Positions 13,276 to 27,136 of a stretch of 64,000 nucleotides of DNA are shown in pieces. The notes beneath the pieces were generated by a model, which was given only the letters and a program-made list of their open reading frames with translations, was not told where the DNA came from and did not search any database. The stretch is from Camelus dromedarius (taxonomy: Eukaryota): the NCBI RefSeq assembly GCF_036321535.1, contig NC_087436.1:63366001-63430000 (forward strand), written 5' to 3'. The first letter of the stretch is position 1; each line of letters opens with the position of its first letter. The position numbers and the translations under genes are program-made.

Positions 13276-15459
13276 ATAAGTTTTTTTTTTTTTATGCAGT
13301 TTGTTCCAAAACAAAAATAATTGGCTATTCAAGTGGGTCACCATCCTGAATAAAATGTAATTTTTAAATATTTTTATACTTAGTTAAATTTTGATAGAAG
13401 ATTGAATGTATTAAATAACAGCATTGAAGGTTTGGAATAAAACTAATTCAAGAAGAAAATTATAAGTACTTAGTTTTGTTTTTAGTCATGTAAGTCAATT
13501 TCACAGCATAAAACATTTATGAAAAACCTTTCCATACTCTGCTCTGTCACCATTTTATCACAGGCTTTTCATACAAGAACATCAGAATGAACAGAGACTG
13601 TCATATATTGGCTGTATTTCTAACACTCTCTCTTAATATAGGGAAAATATCGGGCCAAAATAATCTCTTTACTTTGTGTCATTTACAAAAGATTTGATAT
13701 CCTGAAATTTCTCATCATACGGGAAAAATCAGTGTCTCAGACTGAAATATGGATGAGCAGACTACACGTAAGATCCTTTCTAGTCAAAATTTCTATATGC
13801 TTTTATCGATGGGTTCAGTTAAAGACACTTCTCTCAATTTCCCCCTCACTCTCTCTAGATCTCTCTGTCTAGTCACAGAACAGACATAATGAAAACCACC
13901 AATCCCCTATTAATTACTTAAATAATTACATGTCCTTGAATTTTTTTTTATATGTTTCATCCTCTAGATCTTTCACCTTCAGATGTTAATGCTTCTTGGA
14001 GTCTAAGGGTGCCTGATCTTTAAAGGATTTTTAAAGTAATAAAGTACAAAGACAAGATTCAAGGTTGCTTCAAAGTTATAACTCAGAAGGTCATTAGGTA
14101 ATTAAAAGATGAGAATATATACCTGAATAATGAGGAGAACTGAATAAGTGGTTTAAGTAATTTAAAACAACATAGCGTTTAGTAATTTAGATATATAAAA
14201 CAAAAGTATTTTCCTTAAACAGGAGCTTCATGGTTTTTTCCACTTTAACTTTTTTCTTTTTATCCTGCATTTTCTCCTTTATTTTCCTTTTTTCTGCCCT
14301 CTCTTTTTCACTCATGAAATAGAGAATTTGATAGGGGAACAAGAGGGAGTAGAATACATTTAGTACAGGAAAAATATTAATTGCTTGAAAATGTGAAATG
14401 AGGGAAGAAATCAATTGTGAGTAAACAGCGCAGAACGAAACCTCTTGACCTTGTCAGATGCTTTATGGGAGAGACCCTTCAATCAGAAATGTGCTGATGC
14501 TGAATTATCACAGGATTTGATCTATCCCCTAATAATTGAAAACTCCCACTCCTGGAAGAGAACCAGTTTTCTGAACAGCCACTAATTTTTCAGAGTGGAA
14601 ATTTAGTACTGAAGAGATTGCACATTTATCCACCAAGATTTGTATTTATATTTTATGGGCCATCACATTCCACATTAGGCTCTGATTGTAAATAGCTACA
14701 TTGTGTTTTTGAGATGCACTATTCTGTGATGTGCATTGCAATTCCTAAAAGTGCCATATATAGTTTAACATATTACCTTAAGTAGCATTGCTTTAAATTA
14801 TCAGAGTATGTGAAAAGCTTCACCATAAACAGAGATAAATGCCATTAACTGTAACATCAGGGTTCAATCTTAGTTGCCTATATCTTGCCTATAAAGAAGA
14901 CGCTAATTTCAAATTCATCAGGTATTTCGCATAGGGACACAAAATAAAGAGAACAGTTAAAATTTCTATTAAAATTTTCCACCTAGTTTTATATGTGCAA
15001 TATACTCTGTGTCATTTTTAGCATTAAAAAAAAAGCTCTCATTCTAATGATTATTTCTGAATAGTAAAAGCATCTAAAACAAATCTCAAATTGATAATTA
15101 ATGTGACTATGTAATGAAATGATCCAAGATGATTTTGTTGGGTATTAGGATAGCCTGCCTAAAGACTCCTAGGAAATGTAAAATAATTTGTATTTTAAGC
15201 TTTAATCCCTATGATACCTCATTAATAGCTCTTTGTTCTACTCAGGTATGTATAACAACCATAAGATGAAAATGAGAGAATATATATCAAGGGTGAAGCC
15301 ATTTTAGCAAAAAAAATAGGAAAAAAAATACCTGAAGTCCAGCCTGGAATTAAAAACTGATTCTGAACAGTACTGTCCTCTGTTAGTTGAAAAACCCAAG
15401 AGAAGTTAAAAACTTTAGGCTTGTCAATGTATATAAACTTACTTAACTTGCACCCTCAA

Positions 15460-15760
15460 TATTCATTAAACAACTAGTTTGAGCACTAACTAGTCACTAG
15501 GATTGTTCAGGATACTAAAAACACGATGAAGAATATGACAAAGTTTTGGCCCCCAAAGAGCTTAGGGTGGGAGGCAGACAAGTTTGATAAGTGTAGCAAC
15601 TGGCATAGCTGCCTTACAAATGAGAGTAAGTGTAGAGGCATCAAGTCTGGGCTGTGGGAGGTGGTTAGCATTGACTCTCAAGAAGTGACTTTCACACCAA
15701 AACTTAAAATATAGTAAAAGATTTAAAGGAGAAAAGTGGCATGACCTTATTTGCTCTTTA
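15460..15760 (-). mobile_element. L2 fragment
   Basis: Opens with an L2 3'-end-like motif (attcattaaacaactagtttgagcactaacta). Confidence 0.5.
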
Positions 15761-16149
15761 CATAGCCAATGAACTTAAAAGGAAAGACATAAAAATGAAT
15801 GGTGGTGACTTTTTAAAGTCAAATGGTGTCTTAAAAATGTAGTATGTAGAACAATCCTTCGGACCCATGAAAAGAAAAAGTTAATAGCTGTGGAAAGCTG
15901 CTTACAAAACTAAGAGCGGCAGTGGAGGCATGTAACACTCAGGAAAGTGTCTGCTCTTTTGCAGAAAGTATGAGTTCTACTCGATGCAGTAATGTCTCCT
16001 GGTGTCCTCCCTGCCAAATTCTATATATTTTCTTCATCTGAAACTATTTGGACAAATACCTGTAATTTCAGTTCAGTGTATAGCTCCATACAACCTGATA
16101 CTTTCTTAGCTGATGATGTGTTAGAATGCCAAATTCTGAGGAGAGGAAA

Positions 16150-16330
16150 GGACAGTTTTGGAGAAGAGACAGAACTGGACTTGAATAATGTATTTTGGGG
16201 ACAGTTTCTCAAACCTCCAAATGACACTTTCTCAACCTCTTGAGAAACTTACAAACTAGAGATAATAATTACTTCACAGGATTTTTGAGAGGATTAAATG
16301 AGGAAAACCACGGTCTGGAACATAGTATTG
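16150..16330 (+). mobile_element. MIR fragment
   Basis: MIR core-like sequence: gataataattacttcacaggatttttgagaggattaaatgag. Confidence 0.6.
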
Positions 16331-16874
16331 GCCAAATCATTTTTTTCCTTTTTCCCCCTTAAATTTGCTAATCTTATTGGACTAATTAAAACTTTTTTTT
16401 TTAATTTCAGCCTAATTGTTTTTGATTCTCCAGTCAACTGCTATTTGGAGGGAGTTGGACAGTCCATTGACTGGAGCAGAAATGCCTCTTTTATAGACCT
16501 AAAAACTACTGTGAATCCCTTTCTGTCTTTGACATTGAGTGTTCTCATTTGGGAAATAAGTGTACTTAACTTGATGATCCCTGGCATCCTTTCTTGTTCC
16601 AAAATGAATTATTCTGTTACAAAATGGGATGGGAATTAAAAGCATATCATGCACCAGAAAACTGAGGGATAGGAAAGGCAAGTATTCATAATAATACAAA
16701 AGAACATTCGCGGCCTAGAAGTATTCATGGAAGTATCTCAATGTCTCAGTGATGGACTAACAGAGAATAAACACTGACAGAAATAGATCTTTTCAAAGGC
16801 AGCATTCCATAAAGGATTCTACTAACCTGATCTTCATACTACAAACAGAATTCTTAATCTAATAATAAAGTTTA

Positions 16875-17051
16875 TGATTGCCAGATAAAATACAGGATGT
16901 CCAGTTAAATTTGAAGTTTAGATAAATAACATTTTTCAAGTATAATATGTTCCATACAATATTTGGGACATACACTAAAAGTTTTGATTTTTATCTAAAA
17001 TTCAGATTTAATTGTATATCCTGTATTCTTATTTCTAAATGTAGCAACACT
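16875..17051. mobile_element. MER53 palindromic non-autonomous DNA transposon
   Basis: ttgccagataaaatacaggatgtccagttaaatttgaa...ttgggacatac...aaattcagatttaattgtatatcctgtatt...gcaacact. The two arms are reverse complements of each other. Confidence 0.85.
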
Positions 17052-18334
17052 AATGGAGTTTACCAATATGTTGTCTACACTTAACAATACATTAAAGGTT
17101 TCTTTAAAGTAAGATTTAATTAGGAAAGATCAAACCTGGTCCAGGTAATTTATTCATCATTCATGAATTCATTATATCAGATGTGTCTCAGAAATCAAGT
17201 CCTATGCTAGGCATCGAGAAGACAAACTTTAACAAATATAGTGGCATACCTTTATGAACTTCACAGAGGTATATGCCGTAGAGATAAATGCCAGAAATAA
17301 AAAATTATTTTCAGTGAATCTTAACATGCTTTCTGTTAACCTTTCACTAAGAAAATGGTGATAACTATTAAACTTCATGAATAAGATAAAAACGTGTGGT
17401 TGTCTGAAACTCTCCAGTGGGTTTTACAGTTATCAAATATACTCTAAACCAATATAACACATTAAAAATAATTAACTAACCAAAATCATAACTTCTTAAA
17501 TCTGTGGAAATAATAGAGTCAGGTTCATCTACTGATTATAACAGCACTATCCCAGATTGTCCCCACTTATGTGCACCCCACTATATTGTGATTCAGCCGT
17601 ACTCCAGGAAGTTTACTTATCTTATGGCCTTTATTGCTGTCCACAGATTGTTTCTGATCTTTGCCTACTGATTTGGCGAACCATCGCATTCTATTTAAAA
17701 CACAAAAAGCAAAACAAAACAAATGAACAAAATAAACAAAAACCAAAAAGCCTATCTCTGGCACTGCAGCGCTTTTGTTGTGTATGTCTATGGAGGACTC
17801 ATTCTCCCTGTAACAGCCAACAGTTTCCTATGAGCTGTGTGTTGACAAATCCTCTGACAGAAACAATCACTTCTTCTTTGGAAAGTATTCTGGAAATGGA
17901 GTCAGACTTTGCATAGTATTATTACATTTCTTTTGAAACACTTAATTCTTACCATTCCTCTCTCCAATATTAGTCTCCTCACCTCCCCCTCACAAAAAGG
18001 TAACACAGGACATTTAACAACTTTAAGTCTAAGATTCTGTGAGTTACAATGCCACAAACTTTAACCATACCTATCATCAAACATTTCCAAATAGATTTAA
18101 AAATGTTACTATGCTGCTAACCTTGATTGTGTCCATTAAGTAAGTAATTAATGCTACTAATACATATCAAAGAATACATTTTAAATTAAAACAACTAGAA
18201 CATATATGACTATGCATTTAAAAGGGGAAAAGCTACTGTTTCATCAATTTTAAAACCATTTGAAAAAATATGGCAATAAGTAATAACCAAATTTAAATTT
18301 TTTCTGCTTACATACTGACTTAAGTAGTATGGTA

Positions 18335-18455
18335 AAAATGAAAATGAAATTAGCTTGGAAGGAAGAAACCAAGCCTCTGACTCTAAATAACTGTTAAGTC
18401 ATTTAGGTAATTATTTAACTTTCTTGGCTTCAGTTTCTCCATCTAGTAAATAGAA
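18335..18455 (+). mobile_element. MIR fragment
   Basis: aggtaattatttaactttcttggcttcagtttctccatctagtaaa matches the MIR core. Confidence 0.6.
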
Positions 18456-21199
18456 GGCAGGGATGGCAGAGGAAAATAGGGGTACAATTTACTGTATATG
18501 GTCTAGATTTTTCATCTAGGCCTAATTTCTATGTTACATTCAGTAATAAGGTCCAGACATATAACATAAAGAGAAACCGTGCTTCTTGGGAATATGTGTG
18601 TGTTTAATCTGTCTCCAAAACAATTCAAATACAAGTCAAATTAATTCATTAACTATCTGCTGAAGGTTAAATGCATCTAAAGAATTGGCCTAGGTATAGA
18701 ATACTTTTTTCATTGTTAACAGTATATAAAATATACCCAATTTTCTTATTCAGGTGTCTGGAAGGCAATACCTCCCCCCCCCCCATTTAGTAATGCTCTA
18801 TTTATGACTATAAAGGCACAGCTATAACAATAATCCATCAAAGAATATTTCAGTGAAAGAAGAATATAATCTAGATGGCCTCCCTCATAGAGGAGTTCAA
18901 AAATTGTCATAGTTTCAACACATCGACTGAAACACCAACAAATGACTTTGAGATTTTTTCCACATTATCAACCTTATCAGTTCCACAAGATGCTACTCTT
19001 CAGATGATGATTATACAGATCACAATTTCCTTGTGCTGCTTGGTTTTAGAACAAATAAAATTCTGGAGATGGTTGGGAAGAGTCTAGCACTATCGTGATT
19101 ATGGTACTGGATAAAACTGGACTGAAATAGCAGACCATTTTCTGAGCCTCCTTTTTTATTTCTCTTTGCATCTTTCCCTCACCTTCATTGACTTTGCTTC
19201 CTGTTCCTTGTTTCTGGAGCCCTCAGAACCTCCTGTCAATTAGTTGCTCATTTCACACATTTTGCTTCTTTGGCTCCCACGTCTTGTCTGACCACCCTCA
19301 GTTAACCACCTGCTGCAGTGGAATAAATACTGATTTCTGTCTTTACCTGCTGTAGCTTCCAAGTACTTTAATATTTCACACTTGCTCTCCTTCCCAAGTA
19401 CCCTTCTTCACCATCCCAAATGATCAATCATTTCTGATATAGATAATAAATGTGTCAACACTCTTTTTAAAGTGTTACATTTTCATTGTACTCACTGTGG
19501 TCAGAAGTAATTCCTCAATATCCAACATTGAAATTACCTGTTTCAAAAGCCTTCTCTACTCTATCCACACATCTGGGGAAAGAGAGAAAATTGCTGCACG
19601 TATGCTGATCTTGTCCTTAGAGCTTTTCACACATCAAGAGCAAGGCCACTTCTTCCTCATTAGTGCAGCAAGCACCTGTCCACACATTGTGATTTTAAAG
19701 GCTGTGGGAAAATCTTAGTGCTTCTCCAACAATCTTTTCCCAGGCCTGTAATTCCTTTAACTGGGGGGAAGCCTTTCATATAAGAAAACATAAGTGGCTG
19801 ATGTGAGATCATTTCCTAAGGAAAGGATTCAAAAATTGAGAGGAACTAGAAAACACAAGGACACTCAGCAATATGAACCTAAGGAAGGATGTAAATGAGA
19901 TGTTTCATAAAAAGGAAATCTTACTTGGAAAGTGGAAATTGAGAAAAAGATATGCTTTTCGATTTCTATGTTTTGCTTTCTGCAGACCCCATTTTGCTTT
20001 GTGTCTGACCATTGACTCCACTGCTGAACATAATTTAAATAAAGTTTCAAAATCATTATGGACTCTATGACTGTTTTGTTGATAAAGTATAGATATTTGG
20101 CTATACTTGGAAACTTTTGCCTCCAGAGGTGACCTACATCACTTTTCAGTTTCTTTCCAACTTCTAGAATGTATTAACTATTCCAGAAAATTTACACTGG
20201 CATTTGCAAGAGATTCCTGAATAGCTTTATGCCAAACGTCCTATTTCCTATTGTATCAAGCTTTTATTTATCATGAATATATATTAAATTATGAGATTTC
20301 ACACAGTGTATTTAAGAGTAAAAATAATTCCATTTCATATCAGAAAATGAATGCAAATATGTAATTAAAGCACATGTTAATCCAACAGCATTAATGAGTG
20401 TTACTAAACATGAGTTGCTACAAATAAATGTTCAGAATTATATCAACAGCATTTCCTGTTGTATCTTTCAATAAAGACAGAGGCAAAGTGACTTCAGTGG
20501 AAGCTGATGAATCATAAAAGTAGAACAGTTGGAAAGATATTGGATGACTTTGAACACCCAGTATCTAGGGCAATAAGATATCTATTATGGACAACAGTAA
20601 ACAGTAAATGTCAGATGAGAGCTGAGATAAATTTGGAAGGTATCTCATTTGAAAACAAAAGGGAAATTTTTATCAAGATAGATAATATAAAATTGTAATC
20701 ATGCTTACATTTTTTTTTCTTGAAACTAGAAAAATAGCCAAATTATCTGCAGAGTTCTAGAGTACTTGTAAGTAACAGTTTTCATAGGCAGGAGTAAAAC
20801 TCCTGGGGCATTATATGTGAAATTTTACTGGTCCCCAAAAAGTGTATTCTATATTCATGATGTACATATCTGACAATATTGATGATTATTTTATTTTGTA
20901 ATTGTTATTTCAACTACTAATGTGAAAACACATTTTAGATATTCTCTAAGGTAACATTTTGCTCTATGTTTTACCAAGATAAAGCAATAACATCCTTTTT
21001 ACTATTAAAAAAATCTTACATATGTTAAATTAAGCCTCAAGTGAGTTAGATTTTAATTGTCTTCTTGATTTATGTGTTTTATTAATCTAGTTCAATTCAA
21101 ATAACCATTTATTGAGGGCAGAATCAGTGCAGACACTGTGTAAGGTAGAGTGTTCTTGCATTTAGTTTGAAATAGGGAGCATAAGAAAATTGCAGATGC

Positions 21200-21380
21200 T
21201 GAAAGTAGAGCTGAATAGAACTGAGTGTTTGAGAACCATGACTCAGTCCTGTGCTTTCCCTGTTCCTTGAGGTCTCCTGCTACCCTTGCCCACATCTTAT
21301 GATTAGCCCCTGGTAATAAATCTTCCTTGAATTATCCTAAATTGATTGTCATCTGTTTCTACCTGGGACTCTGACTGAGC
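21200..21380 (+). mobile_element. ERVL-type LTR 3' fragment
   Basis: taataaatcttccttgaattatcctaaattga...catctgtttctacctgggactctgactga resembles the R/U5 end of old ERVL LTRs. Confidence 0.5.
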
Positions 21381-24329
21381 CAACTCCCAAAACAGAAACC
21401 TGTTCCCCAGTACCTTATAATTTTCTATGTCAGCACAATAACACCAAGCCAGAAAAATGTTTCATGTAGCTTAGAAAGCCCTAAATCTAATCAGAAAATC
21501 TTCTTGGTGTAGGGAAGGAAAATATAGCTAATATTCAGTAATTAAAATAATGATAGATTGGTAAATTATCCTAATAAATATATCTCAAAATAATATTTCA
21601 ATAAAATATCCACATAAATGTATGGCAGGTTATATTGGGGCTTCATAAACTGTAAGTACTTGTTCATTTGGATATTTTATTTAAAGGGAATAGAATGAAT
21701 TGTATGAGTTAATGAAAATCTTTGAGATAGAAAGGTCAGAAATGATGAAAATTTGCTAATCTCTCTTCTCTTTAATTAAACTGAAAATATCAATAATATG
21801 TATCATGTAATAAATTTTATATATATCAGTAATAAGTATATATACATATTGATACATATCAGTAATACATTTTTGGTAAGCATATTTTGATGCTAATTTT
21901 TACTGTGCCAAAATATATATAAATATATACTTCATATGTAAATGTATATTTAATTATTTAAATATGTATAGCCCCAAACAGCAAAGTTATTAAGCCTGAA
22001 TCAATATTTTATAGATGATATAATAAAGAATAATTAAGATAACTTAGCTATGTAATGGCAGAACTCTGACAAGAATTCAAGTTTCCTAACTCCCAATCTT
22101 GTTCTGTGAACAGAACTCCTTTAATGATGGTACCATTCAGTAATGTGTACATTACTTTACATATTCACATTAAAGAAAACCACTTTTATTGTATTATTTT
22201 CCTTGCACTGATGTATTCTGGGGGAGGTTTTACTCTAATAAGAAACATTAACAGGTTAGTTGGAACAACTGGCTATTGTTAAACCATATCTCTAATAAAC
22301 ATTACTTAGTTGGTTTTTAGATGGACTGTTTCTAGAAATATATGCACAAACATGACTACCTTTACAAATCCTTCAGACAATTTTTACAAGTATAACTTAA
22401 GTTTACTGAGCTCCATCTCTTTAAAATAGAAGACCGTTTTTCCCCCCTGCTATTTACTGAGACAAACTACTTACCTTGACATCTGACATATTCCTTCCAA
22501 TATCTTAATCTTGCATTTTCAAAATAATCTCCCACTCTACCCCCCTAAAAAATTCTTAGAAATTTACTTCAACATATAATATGATTTTCACTTTTCCATC
22601 TTTATTCATCCTCTTCCCTCTGTCAAAAATGTTATTTTGCCAACATCTTTCATGGTCAAAATAAAATTTTCCTTCAAGCTCAATTCAAATATTACTTTCA
22701 CTTAGTGTACTTTCTGATCACATCACTGAAGAGTAATTTCTATTCTTACAGTTTCTCTATTTTAATATTTACAGGCACTAACCTTTTATTTCTATGCACT
22801 ATTAATAGATGTATAACTGACCTAATCACCACATCACTGAAAATGTGACAAAGATCATAAAGATGAAAAGAACAGTGTGCTCAAGTGAGGATGAGTGGAG
22901 GATAAAAATGAAATATAAGTTGAGAACCAAAAGTGGTAGGACTTGAATGTTAAGATAAGTAATATGACCTTACTTCAGTACACACTAGAGTTTAAAACCA
23001 AATTTCTCTTTGTTTTTGAACCAGAAAAATATTTTTAAACTAAAGATTAAGAAAAGAGACCATTTCATACCATGGACCATTTTGGATCCCACATGTTTCT
23101 TCCCATAATAGTTGACCCATAGTTATCATTCAAATTATAATGCTGCATTTAGTATATAAACACACATATCATTACAAAGCAATTCATTGGACAGGACTAC
23201 TGAATCAAAAATAATAACACTCCATGAATCTGAATATTTGCTATTCAACAATTTAATTGCTATATTTTTTCCAACAATAAGAACACATTTTCAACTATGC
23301 CTAAAATGATCTTAGGATTCTGATGTGAATATTTTCTCATTCTCTTTGCCAGAATCTATTGTAATCATCCCTTCTTTTCACTGGAATAAAATGTTTTAGA
23401 CTATTCATCAAAAATACTATAACACCACATTAATTATACTTGGCAAAACATAAAACACAAGTCACTTATAAGCATTGATCTTTCCAAACATCACTATGAA
23501 CTAGTATGATATTGTGCAGGCTTTGCAGATTGTATTTAAGATCTATTTTTTAACACTCAACATGTGTATCTGGATCACTGCACCCAATATTGCATCACAA
23601 GTATTTGAGCATAACTGAGTAGCTATATCCCACTGACATTTTCCATAATGCAAAAGGCTGACATCTGCTTCCCTTCTTATTCATTTTCGTAAGAACATCC
23701 CACTTCTATTTTTTTATAAAGCATCAATATATATTCTAAAATAAGATACATCCTTCAGATGTAAACCCAAGAGTTCACAAACTGAAAGATCTGCTTCCAC
23801 ACCTGTATCTTTTTGGCAGAAAGATGCTTCATTTGGATAGGAAAAAAATTGAGTGGGATCCAGGAATAGTCATATAACGTGCTTTGGCAGCATTTCTATA
23901 CCACCGTATTTTTATTTTTAATCTCTAAGGATAATTCACAGAGAAAGAATCTTCTAATGTGTTGCTGAAATATGTATTATATTGACAGCCAAAATGAAAA
24001 CTCACTCAGTTTCCTTAAATGCTTAAAAAAGATATACCTACTTCAAGATGCTATGGCATATTAAACAATGAAGAAGGAAACATACAGTATAAATTAATAT
24101 TAAAATATTTTCACATGATCTTTGGCTGTAATAAGTACCAGATCACAAAAATACAATCTGTAGTGATTATTGAGGTATGCAGAATAGATTTAATTTAAGG
24201 GGAAAAATGTATAATTGTATGTGTTTTAAGAGGTTTATAGATCTTTTGCAATTAATATTTGTGTTATGGAACTCAGATGCAAAAGAAGGGGACGTATTAA
24301 AAAACCTATTACCAATTACCCCTGCTTCT

Positions 24330-24505
24330 TTTTTTTTGGATTTTTTATTTTTTTATTTTTTATTTTTAACATTTTTTATTGATTTATAATCATTTTACAA
24401 TATTGTGTCAAATTCCAGTGTTCAGCACAATTTTTCAGTCATACATGGACATATACACACTCATTGCCACATTTTTTTCTCTGTGAGCTACCGTAACATT
24501 TTGTG
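24330..24505 (-). mobile_element. Very short young camelid-type L1 3' end with perfect 12-bp TSD
   Basis: T-rich tail followed by ttttattgatttataatcattttacaatattgtgtcaaattccagtgttcagcac. TSD acccctgcttct at 24318-24329 and 24506-24517. Confidence 0.88.
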
Positions 24506-26776
24506 ACCCCTGCTTCTCTCTTTTCCTTTCTCTTCCCTTCCTTCTCCTTCCTTTCCTTTGTTTCAAACTTTATTGAGCACTTTCTATGTACCAGACCCAT
24601 ACTCAGTTCAGAAGTTTCAAGACAGAATAAAACTAATGATTAAGTGTAGGAAATTGATACTATTAAGGCAGGCTTAAACAGGGTGTGCTCAAGGAGAGTT
24701 AAGATGACTATATTCACTCAGTTTAAAAGATTAACACCATGCTTTGGTCAGTGGAACCTCCACATTAAACAGTATTCCAGGTTCACCAATGTCATGATTT
24801 TCCTTATCTAAGGATGGATGGATTTGGTAATAATTTCATAGTCTTTTTTCACAGAATGCTTATTTCAGCCATTTGTCTTTTATATAACATGTAGGATTTA
24901 TGCATTAGGGTTCTTTTTCTTATCATTTAAATGCAGGACATGTCAGCCTGAACTATGCCTTTTTGTCAAGATTTTTGAGAACTGCTGTCTCCATCACAGA
25001 TTTCTCCAGTGATTTCAGTGGTCTAAGGATCACTAGGAACCAAAACCAAACAAAGTAGTAAGCTGACTGGTTAAAACCTCCAAAGAACAATATTTCTGAA
25101 TTGTTGTCATGTGTTGTATATGACTAATCATTTACTACTTCTCCTTTTTCTTCATGTAACCCCTGCCCAACACTCACCACACCTGGCACTCTTCACACAT
25201 ATGGTTTGAGCTGCCGTGTTGATGGAAAAATATTGACAGAAATATTTCCAAGGGGAAAAAGTTTAAAAAGAGCTGATGTTTGAGAGATTCAATACGTAAC
25301 ATTCCTCTTAAATTCTGAATGAAGTAAAAGTAAAAAAAAAAAAAAAAAAAGATGAAACCATCAAGTGAAAGAGGGAGAAATGTCTGCTTCATTCCTGACA
25401 GCACTCTCCCGGGACACACCTCAGTGGGAGAGCTCGCACACGCCAGGCCAGTTGAACAGCTCTCATCAGAGGCAGTGCTGGAGTTTTCAGGGAAGATACA
25501 TCTACCCAGGTCACCAACTCTCCCTCATTCAGGATAAATGAAAGAGGACATAAATAGGGATCTCTTTCATGTATGCTGAAATTTTCTCTGTCCCTGAGAA
25601 ACGCAGACCAATGGCTGACATTTATGATCGAATTAACTCACTCTGCCTCAACTTGGAGGAGTAAAAGGAGTGGGCCAAAGGTGAAAGGAAACTCCTTTCT
25701 ATGCAAACCAGAGAAACTGGAATTACTTGAATAACCTCCCCAGCATAAAGTAATAAGCCACTCCAGCATAAACTACATAAATTCTGTAGATAAAATACCA
25801 TGTAATTTATAATACCGTGTTGGTGATCTCCATGGTGATCTCCATTTCAGTGGTTAGTAAATTTTTCTAAATTTCTTTGAGCTAGCTTGGTTTCAGTCTG
25901 CATTTGATTATCACAAAAGTCCTTCGGGACATGAATACTGAGGAGATAACCAAAATATTAAAAATGTATTACAGCACACTGCAATATGCAATATCATGCA
26001 TGTTATATAGTACATGGGAGGAGAAGAAAGAACAATTTTCTGCCAGCTAGTATACCTTACTTTTTGACCTGCCACATGGTAGCAATTGAAATACTAAGAA
26101 TAAATAAATATTAAGGACAATAAAGAGTTCTATTTTTATCTTTTCAACTTGTGAGGCGAGCTTACTAATTAGCCACTTAAAAGCTAGTATTTCCCACCAA
26201 AAGCATGGGACTTTTCTCAAAAAGTAGATCAACATTTGCCCTACCTTTTGACAGGAAAAGAGGGAGAATAATATAGAGAATAGTTTGATTAGCTCTCCAC
26301 AATTGTTCAGGTGCAAAAACAGCATTAAAATGAACAATGTGTATTGCTAATTAAAATAAAAGTCTTTTATGTTATAATGACTAAACCAAAACTAAACAAA
26401 AATAGGAATCTGGGAACCACAGAAACTCCCAACATATGGAGGTTTAGAAGCTAATACTTTAGGTTTATAAAATTTTGGGTAAATATTTTGGGAATGATTA
26501 GGTACCAGAAGAGCTGGGAGTGTGATGTAAGTGAATCCTTCATTGCTAATTTTTACTAAAAAGATAGTGGTAGTAAAATAAGGATCACAGAGTATCAAGT
26601 ATATCTAATGAACTCTTTTGCTGTGTGAAACTTCACTACTTTAGCACATATTCAAATACATACCGAGTTATTTTGTTTGTTTGTTTGTTCTCAAGTTTAT
26701 GTTGAAGAGCCACTACAAATCCAGAAAACGCAAATGAACTGAGGTAGATAAAGCTGACCATGCAGGGCTTCCTAGT

Positions 26777-27136
26777 TGTTATAGCAGAATTACATCCCCC
26801 TGAAATCTATAAGCTGAAGTCCTAACTCCAGGACTTCTGGCTGTGTTTGGAGATAGGTCCTTCAAAGGGGTAATTAAGTTAAAATTAAGCCATTAGGATG
26901 TACCCTAATCCAATCTGACTTCTGTTCTTAGAAGAAGAGAAGATTAGGACACACAAAGAGGAAACACAGTATGAGGACACAGCAAGGAGGCAGCTGTCTG
27001 CAAGCCAAGGAGAGAGGCTGCAGAAGAAACTAGACTGACTGACACTTTGATTTTGGACTTCTAGCCTCCAAAACTGTGAAAAAATAAATTTCTGTAGTCT
27101 ATGGTGTTTTGTTACAGCAGCCCTACAAATAAAACA
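26777..27136 (+). mobile_element. MLT1B-like MaLR solo LTR, nearly complete
   Basis: TG...CA ends, with ccctaatccaatctgact, gcaagccaaggagagaggc and ggacttctagcctccaaaactgtgaaaaaataaatttctg. Confidence 0.88.

Noticed and set aside
23050..23980. Possible decayed hAT transposase sequence on the minus strand
   Set aside because: Only vague motif resemblance with many stops. It would need a Dfam or tBLASTx hit to support.
25821..25845. 12-bp tandem duplication (tggtgatctcca x2)
   Set aside because: An ordinary slippage duplication with no array structure.
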